This document shows positions 43,769-53,683 of a stretch of 64,000 nucleotides of DNA, piece after piece. The stretch's first letter is position 1. Each line of letters starts with the position of its first letter. The stretch lies in the sequence record PV654397.1; one strand, written 5' to 3'. The notes beneath the pieces were generated by a model. It saw only the letters and a program-made list of their open reading frames with translations, ran no database searches and was not told the DNA's origin. The translations under genes and the position numbers were made by a program.

Positions 43769-44893
43769 ATGTTACCTTTCGTATTGTTATTTGATTATGG
43801 GAACGAAAAACAAGAAAGTTCTTATGATGTTAGTGTATATGGAAACAATAACTACATTTTAAATAAACAAACTGGAAACCTTTTTGCATCCGGTGCTGCG
43901 GCATTCATGGGTGATAACACAGTTAAGTATTATATTACCCAAATAGAATCAAATGTTCATAGCTGTGAGATAGGTTTCCTATCATCATGGATAATTAAGA
44001 AGGACAAAACTGTTTTCATTTTAGGAAACAAAAGCAGTATAGGATTAACTGGTTCGACAACATCATGGTTCGAAATTACAAATTTATTTTCTGCTGTTCC
44101 TGAAATATGGGACAACCTATTTGAATGTAAAGTTCAATTGGGATATAACTGTATACGTGTTATGACACCACTAGGATCAATCTATGCGATTGGTACAAAC
44201 ACTTATGGTGCATTGGGTACTGGTACTACATCCTCATCAACTTCGTTCGTTAAAAGTGGTGCTGTGGATGCTGTACGCATGGAATCAACAGAACGTTCAG
44301 TGTTCTATCAAAACAGTTATGGACAATGGTTTGGATGTGGTGATAACACATATGGTATACTAGGTCTAGGAACTACCGCTAGTCGTGTAAACTCATACAC
44401 CGCACCAGTATGGACTAATGCAGAAGCTGTTAGCTTCTCTAACCGTGGGATCATATACAGCCTCAATGGTACTCTATACTCATGTGGTGACAAAGTTAAT
44501 GGTCAGCTAGGGGATGGATATACACAAAGCATAGACGCAGCCAGGAGCACACCATACACCATAGGAACCGCATTCCAAATTGGTAAGGCAATAACATCAG
44601 CTACACAAGCATCAGCCAACGTATTCATTGGTAAAGATAATAAGTTCTATGGTACTGGTAGTATTGCTGCTGGTATAAATGGTAGTACTAGTGCTGCATT
44701 AAGTAAAGTTACTGCGTTATCAGCAGCACTACCACCTGACATTACATACAATGATATTATAACATTCAATACAGGGACCGTAACTTTTATTCAAGCAAAA
44801 GGACAACTATATTATGTTGGTAGAAGAACTTACATAGATAATAGTTCAGACGTTACCACACAGTTCAGTGTAATTGGTGGCTTAGATAATTAA
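43769..44893 (+). CDS. MLPF-tag RCC1-like protein 14 (diverged tag MLPFVLLFDYGN)
   Basis: IYAIGTNTYGALGTG, WFGCGDNTYGILGLG. Confidence 0.85.
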   Translation: MLPFVLLFDYGNEKQESSYDVSVYGNNNYILNKQTGNLFASGAAAFMGDNTVKYYITQIESNVHSCEIGFLSSWIIKKDKTVFILGNKSSIGLTGSTTSWFEITNLFSAVPEIWDNLFECKVQLGYNCIRVMTPLGSIYAIGTNTYGALGTGTTSSSTSFVKSGAVDAVRMESTERSVFYQNSYGQWFGCGDNTYGILGLGTTASRVNSYTAPVWTNAEAVSFSNRGIIYSLNGTLYSCGDKVNGQLGDGYTQSIDAARSTPYTIGTAFQIGKAITSATQASANVFIGKDNKFYGTGSIAAGINGSTSAALSKVTALSAALPPDITYNDIITFNTGTVTFIQAKGQLYYVGRRTYIDNSSDVTTQFSVIGGLDN

Positions 44894-44898
44894 AATTA

Positions 44899-44928
44899 AT
44901 CCAGTACTATTATAGTACTGGATTTTTA
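44899..44928. terminator. bidirectional terminator between convergent gene blocks
   Basis: ATCCAGTACTAT-T-ATAGTACTGGAT palindrome flanked by A and T tracts. Confidence 0.75.
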
Positions 44929-45300
44929 TTATAACATACGTTTTTTACGAATAGTATTGTGGATATTTTTTAAGTAGTTCACACCTTTACACAACCCATA
45001 AAATACACCAGCACATACACCAAATGCAGGTATCATACATGCAAACATCGTTATCAATTCCCACATCTCCATACCATCTTGATTCGGTCCAAGGTCAAAG
45101 ATAACAACCAAAACCAAACCCGTGATACTTAGCATATAATATGCCATAAAGATAATAAAAGAAACAATACCAACATCAGAGCGAACTGAATTTAGCATAT
45201 TATATACTGGGGTTACACAGAAGTAATACAATAACCAAATCAAAGAACCTAAACTAAACACAATAATAGTAATGATTGAAAATATTTCACGATAACTCAT
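44929..45300 (-). CDS. small 3-TM membrane protein, paralog family
   Basis: Three hydrophobic segments, basic C-terminal tail. Confidence 0.75.
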   Translation of the reverse strand: MSYREIFSIITIIVFSLGSLIWLLYYFCVTPVYNMLNSVRSDVGIVSFIIFMAYYMLSITGLVLVVIFDLGPNQDGMEMWELITMFACMIPAFGVCAGVFYGLCKGVNYLKNIHNTIRKKRML

Positions 45301-45301
45301 T

Positions 45302-45664
45302 TTAGTCCCTCGTACCTAAACGATCATGGATTTCGGAAATCTTATGATACAACCACGCCATCAACTCAACTGATGCACAGAGAATAACCACACACAGTGT
45401 TAGTGAACATATCATAATACCAAATGTTATAAAATTCAAACTCGATGTTAATAATGCAACCAGCATTAGAATAAAACCAAAATTGAATGCTGTACTCAAT
45501 ACAGTATATGCTGGACTATATCTCCTTTGTATTACATCATATATATTTGATAATGGTCGCTTATGGAAGTACTTCCCAATGCACACGAATGCATTCAGTG
45601 AGAAGATAAATGTATACGCCATTACCATTAATTGACCAATAAAAGATAATTCAATATTATTCAT
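45302..45664 (-). CDS. small 3-TM membrane protein, paralog family
   Basis: GKYF motif after TM1; IHDRLG tail. Confidence 0.75.
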   Translation of the reverse strand: MNNIELSFIGQLMVMAYTFIFSLNAFVCIGKYFHKRPLSNIYDVIQRRYSPAYTVLSTAFNFGFILMLVALLTSSLNFITFGIMICSLTLCVVILCASVELMAWLYHKISEIHDRLGTRD

Positions 45665-45665
45665 G

Positions 45666-46037
45666 TTATCCTCGTTTGCGGTATTTGATGCTTTGGTGCA
45701 TTCTCTGAAAATGTGGAACTAATACATATTGTACGGTTTGCCAAATTACCATCAGATTATGGACAGCACCACCGAGTAGACCAAACACTACACAGATAAT
45801 TGCCAGTACTGGATCACCATCTACCATACCCCATTTGAATATATGTAAAATCCATACAGTGATAAGTAGTAATAAACTAATCCAATACGTAGTAAAAAAT
45901 CCCGCATGTAATTCATAATCATCAGCAATTTCATCGTATACGGTTTCCAAGAAGGATACACAGAAGAACTTACCAATAATAACAATTGTACTAATAAACA
46001 ACATAGAAGTTAATATAATAAGTGCAATTTCCATCAC
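45666..46037 (-). CDS. small 3-TM membrane protein, paralog family
   Basis: GKFF after TM1; basic tail. Confidence 0.75.
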   Translation of the reverse strand: MMEIALIILTSMLFISTIVIIGKFFCVSFLETVYDEIADDYELHAGFFTTYWISLLLLITVWILHIFKWGMVDGDPVLAIICVVFGLLGGAVHNLMVIWQTVQYVLVPHFQRMHQSIKYRKRG

Positions 46038-46348
46038 ATCCCTCGTTTACGCTTTTGATTGCGTCTAAATTCGGTTAGCCCACGACTAATCGGTGGCATC
46101 AGACTACATAAAAAAATAACAGTTGTTGGTAATAACATGAAGTCAATCATTGCTGTATTAACAGGTGGATCACATACCAAATAATACAAACAAGTAATAC
46201 TAATTATGGTTGACCCAATAAAAGGAATACAAAATTCTTTTATCTGTTTTTCAACATAATCAAACATCTTCAATACAAATAAAAATCCAACCCAACACAT
46301 AATAAAATAGAATGAATAAAGCGTGTAAATCAATGTTACGATATCCAT
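46034..46348 (-). CDS. small 3-TM membrane protein, paralog family
   Basis: Three hydrophobic segments; basic tail. Confidence 0.75.
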   Translation of the reverse strand: MDIVTLIYTLYSFYFIMCWVGFLFVLKMFDYVEKQIKEFCIPFIGSTIISITCLYYLVCDPPVNTAMIDFMLLPTTVIFLCSLMPPISRGLTEFRRNQKRKRGM

Positions 46349-46686
46349 TAGTACCTCGCATCAGGAACTTTAGCACGTAATTTATGAACGGCTGGGATCA
46401 ACAACAAACTTACATATGCAATAGTTGAACCCCAATAGAATACTAATATAATTGGTTCACCATTAGAACGTAAACCTCTACTAATCATTGAGTAGTGAAT
46501 AATAGGCATAAACATCGCCATAAAAAACCATGCGTGTAATTTTAATTGCAGCATGTTATCAGAGATGAATACTGAAATTGGTCGTTTGAAGAACCACATC
46601 AGAAAGTAGAACCCAGCACTAACAATATAGTACATAGTACTAACTTTCATATACCACGGCATTAAGTGTAAAAAATATTCCATCAT
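46348..46686 (-). CDS. small 3-TM membrane protein, paralog family
   Basis: WFFKR after TM1; KLRAKVP tail. Confidence 0.75.
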   Translation of the reverse strand: MMEYFLHLMPWYMKVSTMYYIVSAGFYFLMWFFKRPISVFISDNMLQLKLHAWFFMAMFMPIIHYSMISRGLRSNGEPIILVFYWGSTIAYVSLLLIPAVHKLRAKVPDARY

Positions 46687-47030
46687 TCCTCCGGTATCTT
46701 GTTTCGAAGTTCAATCATAACACAACAAAGTTTAATGATCAAGTAAAAAACTACACATATCATACCTATGGTTCCATAAACGACTGAAAAAGCTGGTAGT
46801 GCTTTTCCGGCGAGAACAGCCACAACACATGCTATAAATGTTGATGCAAACAATGATTGATTAATGAAAGAATTCATAAAATCTTCACCATTACGCTTAT
46901 AGAATTGTCGTTTAAAATACCATCCTAGAAACATAACTACCCAAAATGTTACATAACCTGTTAGAATAATCCCTGCAAGTGAATGTGCGACAGGACTACT
47001 CCTTAAAAACTCAAGATAAGCTTCAATCAT
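46683..47030 (-). CDS. small 3-TM membrane protein, paralog family
   Basis: WYFKR after TM1; ELRNKIP tail. Confidence 0.75.
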   Translation of the reverse strand: MIEAYLEFLRSSPVAHSLAGIILTGYVTFWVVMFLGWYFKRQFYKRNGEDFMNSFINQSLFASTFIACVVAVLAGKALPAFSVVYGTIGMICVVFYLIIKLCCVMIELRNKIPEE

Positions 47031-47368
47031 TAGAAGTCTCCACGAATTTTTTCTCTACCATTAATGATGAGATTAAACAAGTATATCAGCACCCAAATTA
47101 GTAATCCAAGGAATACAATATATTGTGATATTGAGTTCAACTGTGGATTAGCACAATAAATTAAGTGTGCGATAAGACCAACAATTGCAAACATACCTTG
47201 GATAATAGTGAAAAGAAGTAGTGAAATGTTTCCATCAGGATACAGTTTGAAAACGATTTTCTTTTTAAAATACCATAGTACTACAACTAGTGCATGATAA
47301 AAGAAAAAACCAAACAGATAAATCAAAGTAATACTAAGCATTGTATCTGAATTAAAAAACTCAAGCAT
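47030..47368 (-). CDS. small 3-TM membrane protein, paralog family
   Basis: WYFKK after TM1; GREKIR tail; promoter TTGACT-17-TACTAT at 47398-47426. Confidence 0.75.
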   Translation of the reverse strand: MLEFFNSDTMLSITLIYLFGFFFYHALVVVLWYFKKKIVFKLYPDGNISLLLFTIIQGMFAIVGLIAHLIYCANPQLNSISQYIVFLGLLIWVLIYLFNLIINGREKIRGDF

Positions 47369-47435
47369 ATCGTATCTCCGGTGGTGAATATTAAGTTATA
47401 GTACTACACTATGGTAGTACAGTCAATACATGTAA

Positions 47436-48206
47436 TTAAATTTTCTCAAGGAACAAGTTTTCGCACTGCTCTTCCCAATCATACGGGTTGTTGTTGTATA
47501 CTGCTGAAATCAACAGAGGCATACGCAGTGAAGGAGCACGAAGTGCATCTTCATGTTTCAGCATCCAATTCAGGATTGCTTTGCTACCATTACTATTAAC
47601 ACCTTTAGTTGACAGGATGTTGGTCTTGTTCATTACGTTTTCAATGTGAATCATGATATCGCTTTTAGTCTGGATCTGTAAGTCAACATACACAGAGCGA
47701 GACATAAGAGCAGCATAGTGAGCAGACATTTTGGTTTTAGCTTTAGCATTCAGTGCTAAATCTTTGTTAGTAATGAATACGATACGACCGTTAAAATCAA
47801 AGCTGTTAGGGATACCGTTGGTAGTTAAGTACTTAGAGCTAGTCATGTAAGACACAGTACGCTTACCGCTATCCAGTACTGCTTTGAGCAGGTTCATACC
47901 GTCTTCTGAATCAAAGATACTGTCCATATCATCCAGTACTAATACGTTAGTGCTGTGACGATTCTTGTACAGAACTTCATACAGAGCAAGAGTAGTCATC
48001 TTACCACTGATAGTAGCTACGTTCCATTCTGCTGCATCATGAGCTTTCTGGAGGCGTTGTGACAGGGTGTAAGTCTTACCAACACCAGGTGCACCGCTGA
48101 CAACCATACTTTTTACAGTACTGCTATCGTCGAGCAAACACTCAAGAGCAACCATCATGGAGTTGAAGTTTTTCTGGATTTGAATGCTACGTGCTTCTCT
48201 GGTCAT
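47436..48206 (-). CDS. AAA+ family ATPase
   Basis: Walker A GAPGVGKT, Walker B VLVLDDMD, sensor region IVFITN, ALMSRS Arg finger. Confidence 0.85.
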   Translation of the reverse strand: MTREARSIQIQKNFNSMMVALECLLDDSSTVKSMVVSGAPGVGKTYTLSQRLQKAHDAAEWNVATISGKMTTLALYEVLYKNRHSTNVLVLDDMDSIFDSEDGMNLLKAVLDSGKRTVSYMTSSKYLTTNGIPNSFDFNGRIVFITNKDLALNAKAKTKMSAHYAALMSRSVYVDLQIQTKSDIMIHIENVMNKTNILSTKGVNSNGSKAILNWMLKHEDALRAPSLRMPLLISAVYNNNPYDWEEQCENLFLEKI

Positions 48207-48234
48207 TTCGTTATCCTCATCAGTTGATGAAATA

Positions 48235-48271
48235 ATTATAGCAAAAAGGGCCGACCGAAGTCAACCCTTTT
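48235..48271 (-). promoter_or_regulatory. fused terminator and promoter (UUCG-type loop); further copies at 50030, 51903, 52626, 56922, 59965 and 63559
   Basis: AAAAGGG-TTGAC-TTCG-GTCGG-CCCTTTTT-GC-TATAAT; TTGACT-18-TATAAT. Confidence 0.8.
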
Positions 48272-48274
48272 GTT

Positions 48275-48781
48275 TTATAAAATTACTTCACCAAAAATGC
48301 CATTGATATCACGTTCAATGATGTATTCACCTTCATGTTCTTCTAAGAACTTTTTAATGGCTTCATTAACTTTAGGACGATGCATGTTGTTGAATGTTTC
48401 AGTACATCCGTCACCTTTTTCATAATAACCACTTTTGTGATGTGGATTACCGCAGAACGCAATTGTATGTGTAATACGTTCTAACTCAGCAGCAAGATGC
48501 CCCCCATTGTCTTTGTTAAAGAAAATGGAAATTTCATTTTTCCAAAATACTTCAACTTGATATATTTTTTTAAAAGAACTATTAATGCGTTTCAAACGCT
48601 TATCGTTATCACCTGCAATACCGGCTTTATCTGATTCATTATATACATCGTTATGTATATAATAATAAGCTGTTTTGTCTTTTTTAAAACCACTTGGTGT
48701 TCTGTTCGGATGTCCTTGTCCTCGAAGGAATGCATTAGGTGTAATCTGAAACTCACCGAAATCAGGATCAATTATAGTTAC
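48275..48781 (-). pseudogene. C-terminal part of putative homing endonuclease A (repeat unit plus GIY-YIG/T5orf172-like domain)
   Basis: Frame stays open upstream of the tracked TTG start: VTIIDPDFGEFQITPNAFLRGQGHP...YYYI...KAGI...RLKRIN...ELER..H...GDGCTETF; broken at 48782. Confidence 0.6.
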
Positions 48782-49777
48782 ATCTAAAAAAACAACAGAA
48801 CAATTTATTAAAGACGCGAAAGAAAAAAGAACTGATATTGATTTTGAATATAGTAAAGTTCTTTTTAAGTGGTAGTGGGCATCCTATCCGTGGTGGTTCA
48901 TCTAAAAAAACAACAGAACAATTTATTAAAGACGCGAAAGAAAAAAGAACTGATATTGATTTTGAATATAGTAAAGGTAAAGCCAATTATATTAATGCAT
49001 ATACAAAAGTAACTATAATTGATCCTGATTTCGGTGAGTTTCAGATTACACCTAATGCATTCCTTCGAGGACAAGGAGAACTCACCATATTCAGGATCTA
49101 TAACAGTTACTTTTGTTTTGTTATTAACATAGTTAACTTTACTATATTCAAAATCAATATCAGTTCTTTTTTCTTTCGCGTCTTTAATAAATTGTTCTGT
49201 TGTTTTTTTAGTTCGGATGTCCTTGTCCTCGAAGGAATGCATTAGGTGTAATCTGAAACTCACCGAAATCAGGATCAATTATAGTTACTTTTGTATTTGG
49301 CTTTACTATAATCATAATTAATATCAGTTCTTTTTTCCTTTCCTTCAGTGACGAATTGCTCTGTGGTTTTCGATTGTAATTTAATCTGGTCTTCAATTGC
49401 TCGTTTCGGATGTCCTTGTCCTCGAAGGAATGCATTAGGTGTAATCTGAAACTCACCGAAATCAGGATCAATTATAGTTACTTGGCTTTACTATAATCAT
49501 AATTAATATCAGTTCTTTTTTCCTTTCCTTCAGTGACGAATTGCTCTGTGGTTTTCGAACGTAATTTAATATTTTTTTGAATTGCTCGTTTCGGATGTCC
49601 TTGTCCTCGAAGGAATGCACTAGGTGTAATCTGAAACTCACCGAAATCAGGATCAATTATAGTTACTTTTGTATGTGCACTAACATAATCAACTTTACTA
49701 TAATCATAATTAATATCAGTTCTTTTTTCCTTTCCTTCAGCGACAAATTGTTCTGTGGTTTTTTTAACAGACATTAC
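48782..49777. repeat. scrambled DUF723-like coding repeats in both orientations; N-terminus of endonuclease A at 49478-49774
   Basis: KTTEQF..(D/E)..EKRTDI.(F/Y).YSK..Y.N..TKVT.IDP.FGEF.ITP..FL.G.GHP units with out-of-register junctions. Confidence 0.75.
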
Positions 49778-50003
49778 TTAAAACCCCTTTCCAGTACTGA
49801 ACCCGTCCAGCACCATTAATCTTAGCTTGAATCTTATCTTTTTCGACAAGACCTTCTTTGAAATCAATGGAAGTATTATCGCACTGAATTACATCTAAGT
49901 CAAGTACTTCTTGTGTACTTAATGAAGTATTGTCTGCAATTTGTTGTAAAGTAATGATATCAGTACCGAAGAATTCTGCTAATCGTATAAAAGATAGTTT
50001 CAT
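49764..50003 (-). CDS. hypothetical protein (79 aa)
   Basis: GAGGT SD and own terminator/promoter cassette. Confidence 0.7.
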   Translation of the reverse strand: MKLSFIRLAEFFGTDIITLQQIADNTSLSTQEVLDLDVIQCDNTSIDFKEGLVEKDKIQAKINGAGRVQYWKGVLSNVC

Positions 50004-50072
50004 GTATTACCTCTTGAGTTGATGAAATAATTATAGCAAAAAGGGCTGACCGAAGTCAACCCTTTTTATGTG

Positions 50073-50524
50073 CTATTGTTTTACACCACCCCACTTTTCA
50101 TAGATCGATAAAATTTTTTCTAAATTAGTGATTGTAGTTGTTTCTGTATATCCATCTGGCATTTCTTTTTTAGACAAGATACCATTACCAAATAGTCTCT
50201 TGCATTCTTTTTCTGCTTCCTTACAATTTATCACAGTTGGGAAACTATATACACAAATTAGTTTTACTTTAAATAATGATTTTTTATTTTGTTGCTTAAC
50301 ACGTTTTCCTTTTTGTTTTTCAATACCATATTTTAAAGCAATAGGTAAATCGTTGTCTGAAATAATGTTAACATATGCATATTGCTGGGAATAACCTGCA
50401 CGCAATGGATGCCCACTACCTCTTAAAAAATCATCTGGTATAACACTGAACTCACCATATTCAGGATCTATAACAGTTACTTTTGTTTTGTTATTAACAT
50501 AGTTAACTTTACTATATTCAAAAT
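50073..50524 (-). pseudogene. C-terminal part of putative homing endonuclease B (repeat unit plus GIY-YIG-like domain)
   Basis: Frame open to ~50524: FEYSKVNYVNNKTKVTVIDPEYGEF...GHPLRAG...YAYVNII..LKYGI...RVKQQN...AEKECK...MPDGYTET. Confidence 0.6.
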
Positions 50525-51860
50525 AACTTTACTATATTCAAAATCAATATCAGTTCTTTTTTCTTTCGCGTCTTTAATAAATTGTTCTGTTGTTTTTTTA
50601 GCTTTACCTCCCCTTCTAGGATGCCCACAGCCACGTAAAAAACTATTAGGTGTAATATCGAACTCACCATATTCAGGATCTATAACAGTTACTTTTGTTT
50701 TGTTATTAACATAGTTAACTTTACTATATTCAAAATTCGCGTCTTTAATAAATTGTTCTGTTGTTTTTTTAGATGAACCACCACGGATAGGATGCCCACT
50801 ACCACTTAAAAAGCTTTTCGGTGTAATATCAAACTCACCAAATTCAGGATCAATAATAGTTACTTTTGTTTTAGTATTAATATAATTAACTTTGCTATAA
50901 TCAAAATCAATGTCAGATCTCTTTTCTTTTGCTTCTTTAATAAATTGTTCTGTTGTTTTTGTTTTTTTTACAATATCGTTATTAATAGATCTAGAAGGAT
51001 GCCCACTACCACTTAAAAAGTTGCTTGGTGTAACACTGAACTCACCATATTCAGGATCTATAATAGTTACTTTTGTTCTATAATTAACGTACTCCGCTTT
51101 ACTATATTCAAAATCAATATCAGTTCTTTTTTCTTTCGCGTCTTTAATAAATTGTTCTGTTGTTTTTTTAGATAGGTGTAATCTGAAACTCACCGAAATC
51201 AGGATCAATTATAGTTACTTTTGTATATGCATTAATATAATTGGCTTTACTATAATCATAATTAATATCAGTTCTTTTTTCCTTTCCTTCAGTGACGAAT
51301 TGCTCTGTGGTTTTCGATCCTTGTCCTCGAAGGAATGCATTAGGTGTAATCTGAAACTCACCGAAATCAGGATCAATTATAGTTACTTTTGTATGTGCAT
51401 TAATATAATTGGCTTTACTATAATCATAATTAATATCAGTTCTTTTTTCCTTTCCTTCAGTGACGAATTGTTCTGTGGTTTTCGATTGTGCTTGCATACT
51501 GTTTTTAATAGCTCGCATTGGATGTCCACCACCAAACAAAAAATCCGAAGGTGTAATCTGAAACTCACCGAAATCAGGATCAATTATAGTTACTTTTGTA
51601 TATGCATTAATATAATTGGCTTTACTCGCGTCTTTAATAAATTGTTCTGTTGTTTTTTTAGATGAACCACCACGGATAGGATGCCCACTACCACTTAAAA
51701 AGTGATTGGGTGTAATATCAAACTCACCAAATTCAGGATCAATAATAGTTACTTTTGTAAAAGAATTAATATAATTAACTTTACTATAATCAAAATCAAT
51801 GTCAGTTCTTTTTTCTTTTGCGTCTTTAATGAATTGTTCAGTTGTTTTTTTAGCTGGCAT
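50525..51860 (-). repeat. N-terminal DUF723-like repeat region of endonuclease B, chimeric with A-type repeats
   Basis: Starts MPAKKTTEQF at 51860 with GGAG SD; several frame-breaking splices. Confidence 0.7.
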
Positions 51861-51928
51861 TAATTAAAAACTCCAATTTAGTACTTTAATTTCTATAAAA
51901 TAATTATAGCAAAAAGGGCTGACCGAAG

Positions 51929-52144
51929 TCAACCCTTTGTTTTGTTAACATAATCATTCCATAGATTATATATATTGTTTTCAACACAATCATCATCGCT
52001 TAATTCTATAATTGACGAGATAAGTTCTGATACGGTTTGTGTATTCAAATCAGTATCACGATGTCTCAACCACCATTTCAGGGTGAGTGTTCGGACAGTG
52101 TTCGGATTGTTTGTAAACTTGTATCTAGCAGTGTCAAGTATCAT
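51929..52144 (-). CDS. hypothetical protein (71 aa)
   Basis: ORF downstream of denV. Confidence 0.6.
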   Translation of the reverse strand: MILDTARYKFTNNPNTVRTLTLKWWLRHRDTDLNTQTVSELISSIIELSDDDCVENNIYNLWNDYVNKTKG

Positions 52145-52159
52145 TTTTTTAATCGCTAT

Positions 52160-52597
52160 TTATTTAATCATCTCGGTATAGTAATCAGGTAAGTCAACGT
52201 CAGTAAATTTATACCAAGTAGGCTTCATCTGGAGCTTCTCAATCAAACGCTCACGAGACATTTTAATCTCTGACTCCGATGGTACGTAGTCATTACAAAA
52301 CTCAGCAGGGAAGCCGCTAATGTCGTTTACTTCAGTGTTTTGAATCTTCATACCACGACGCAAACATTCGTTAACAATATCAATATGACGCTTCTGTAAG
52401 TACAGTAACTTGTTGTAGAAGAATGTTACATGACCTGAACCTAACAGGTAAGTACTGTTAATTTTGAAATCACGGACTCGCTTACGTGCTTGAACATGTT
52501 TTTGTACAGCACCAAACACACGTGGGAGTTCACGATATTCAGCCATCAGATGTTGGTCAGCAAGTTCTTTAACGTGTACTAAGTTAATGCGTGTCAT
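52160..52597 (-). CDS. denV: pyrimidine dimer DNA glycosylase / endonuclease V
   Basis: [31 protein letters not shown]...KRVRDFKI...LG.GHVTFFY matches T4 DenV. Confidence 0.95.
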   Translation of the reverse strand: MTRINLVHVKELADQHLMAEYRELPRVFGAVQKHVQARKRVRDFKINSTYLLGSGHVTFFYNKLLYLQKRHIDIVNECLRRGMKIQNTEVNDISGFPAEFCNDYVPSESEIKMSRERLIEKLQMKPTWYKFTDVDLPDYYTEMIK

Positions 52598-52669
52598 GTA
52601 TTCATCCTCTCGTTTCGATGAAATGATTATAGCAAAAAGGGCCGACTGAAGTCAACCCTTTTTTTCTTT

Positions 52670-52739
52670 CAATCAAACATAGTCTACCAGAATGTACCAT
52701 GCGATGGTGATTAGAACAAAGAATGATACACTTCTTCAT
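52670..52739 (-). pseudogene. possible HNH endonuclease relic
   Basis: Short frame KKCIILCSNHHRMVHSG resembles the HNH C-terminal CxxLCxNxHRxxH motif; no SD and no N-terminal part. Confidence 0.3.
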
Positions 52740-52751
52740 TGTTTAATCCAT

Positions 52752-53021
52752 TTATTCAACAATCCCCAACTTCACAATCTCATACCCGTCCAGATAGCCG
52801 TAGGAACACTCAGGTGTTTCATAAGATGAACCATCATAGATGCCCTGGCATTGGCTTTTGGAATTCTCAAGCAATCGTTGCAGTACTGATACGTCATCAA
52901 GAACGTAATACAAGTTAGCATATAAATCCGTTACAATACAGTACTCCAACATGTCAAATGTATCAATCGAAATTTCAACCTTAGCAAATCGTTTCTTTTC
53001 TTTATTATACAATGCGTACAT
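52752..53021 (-). CDS. hypothetical protein, paralog of 54883-55140
   Basis: Start trimmed to MYALYNK; shared V.D...L..LL...PE...YEI..L. Confidence 0.7.
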   Translation of the reverse strand: MYALYNKEKKRFAKVEISIDTFDMLEYCIVTDLYANLYYVLDDVSVLQRLLENSKSQCQGIYDGSSYETPECSYGYLDGYEIVKLGIVE

Positions 53022-53022
53022 A

Positions 53023-53394
53023 TTAATCTCCATAATCAAGTTTAACCAACTTACCACACAGATACCCAAAGTTTTCTGGCTTCGCATCTGAATAGAAGAA
53101 GTCAGTACTTAACTCTGAATTCAATGCTAAAGCACACAACTCCACCCAAAATAAACCCCTATGTTGTACTGGCTTACAACGTTTCTGTACAGTTACTAGT
53201 CCAGTACATGATGACCACAAAGTAGGACAGATACCAGTATCACTACGCTTGGAGTACTGCATCCATGAACGTTCATTGAGGTTAGCTATCATTCCAGTTA
53301 GGAATAACTTCCAACTTTTGAAGGTTGGAATCTTGATAGCATAATCCCCAATAAGGATAACAGTTCGTGTTGCACCTTTCAAATCTATATTCAT
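53023..53394 (-). CDS. minimal protein-kinase-like protein (123 aa)
   Basis: GATRTV, AIKIP, NLNE, DAKPENFG, KLDYG motifs; lacks most of the C-lobe. Confidence 0.65.
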   Translation of the reverse strand: MNIDLKGATRTVILIGDYAIKIPTFKSWKLFLTGMIANLNERSWMQYSKRSDTGICPTLWSSCTGLVTVQKRCKPVQHRGLFWVELCALALNSELSTDFFYSDAKPENFGYLCGKLVKLDYGD

Positions 53395-53403
53395 ATTTTT
53401 TAA

Positions 53404-53655
53404 TTAGAAGAACACAAACCAAGTCCAGAATAAATTCCACACTACAAATAAAAACATAGTGGTTTTATGTACAATATCAGCAGTACTGGTCCATCCTCCA
53501 CCGTGTCCTATTCCATTTATGAATAGAACTAAGAACAAGATACCATTTACTACCATAGTACATAGTAAGTACACAAACACATTCCATGCAAGTTCAGGGG
53601 ATACTAACGTAAATGGTAAAACAATTAGTAGTATTAGAACTAATAAAATTTTCAT
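53404..53655 (-). CDS. small membrane protein
   Basis: Three hydrophobic stretches. Confidence 0.65.
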   Translation of the reverse strand: MKILLVLILLIVLPFTLVSPELAWNVFVYLLCTMVVNGILFLVLFINGIGHGGGWTSTADIVHKTTMFLFVVWNLFWTWFVFF

Positions 53656-53683
53656 TTATCGCCTCATTTAATTAACGTGACAA

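Noticed and set aside
26672-44893. DNA-condensation function for the RCC1-like proteins
   Set aside because: The name derives from eukaryotic RCC1 and the proteins are not basic; the fold alone does not imply chromatin function.
48782-51860. Shufflon, DGR or invertible-repeat diversification system
   Set aside because: No recombinase or reverse transcriptase nearby. Junctions are out of register and include a 20-nt overlap duplication typical of k=21 assembly joins, so an artefact is more parsimonious.
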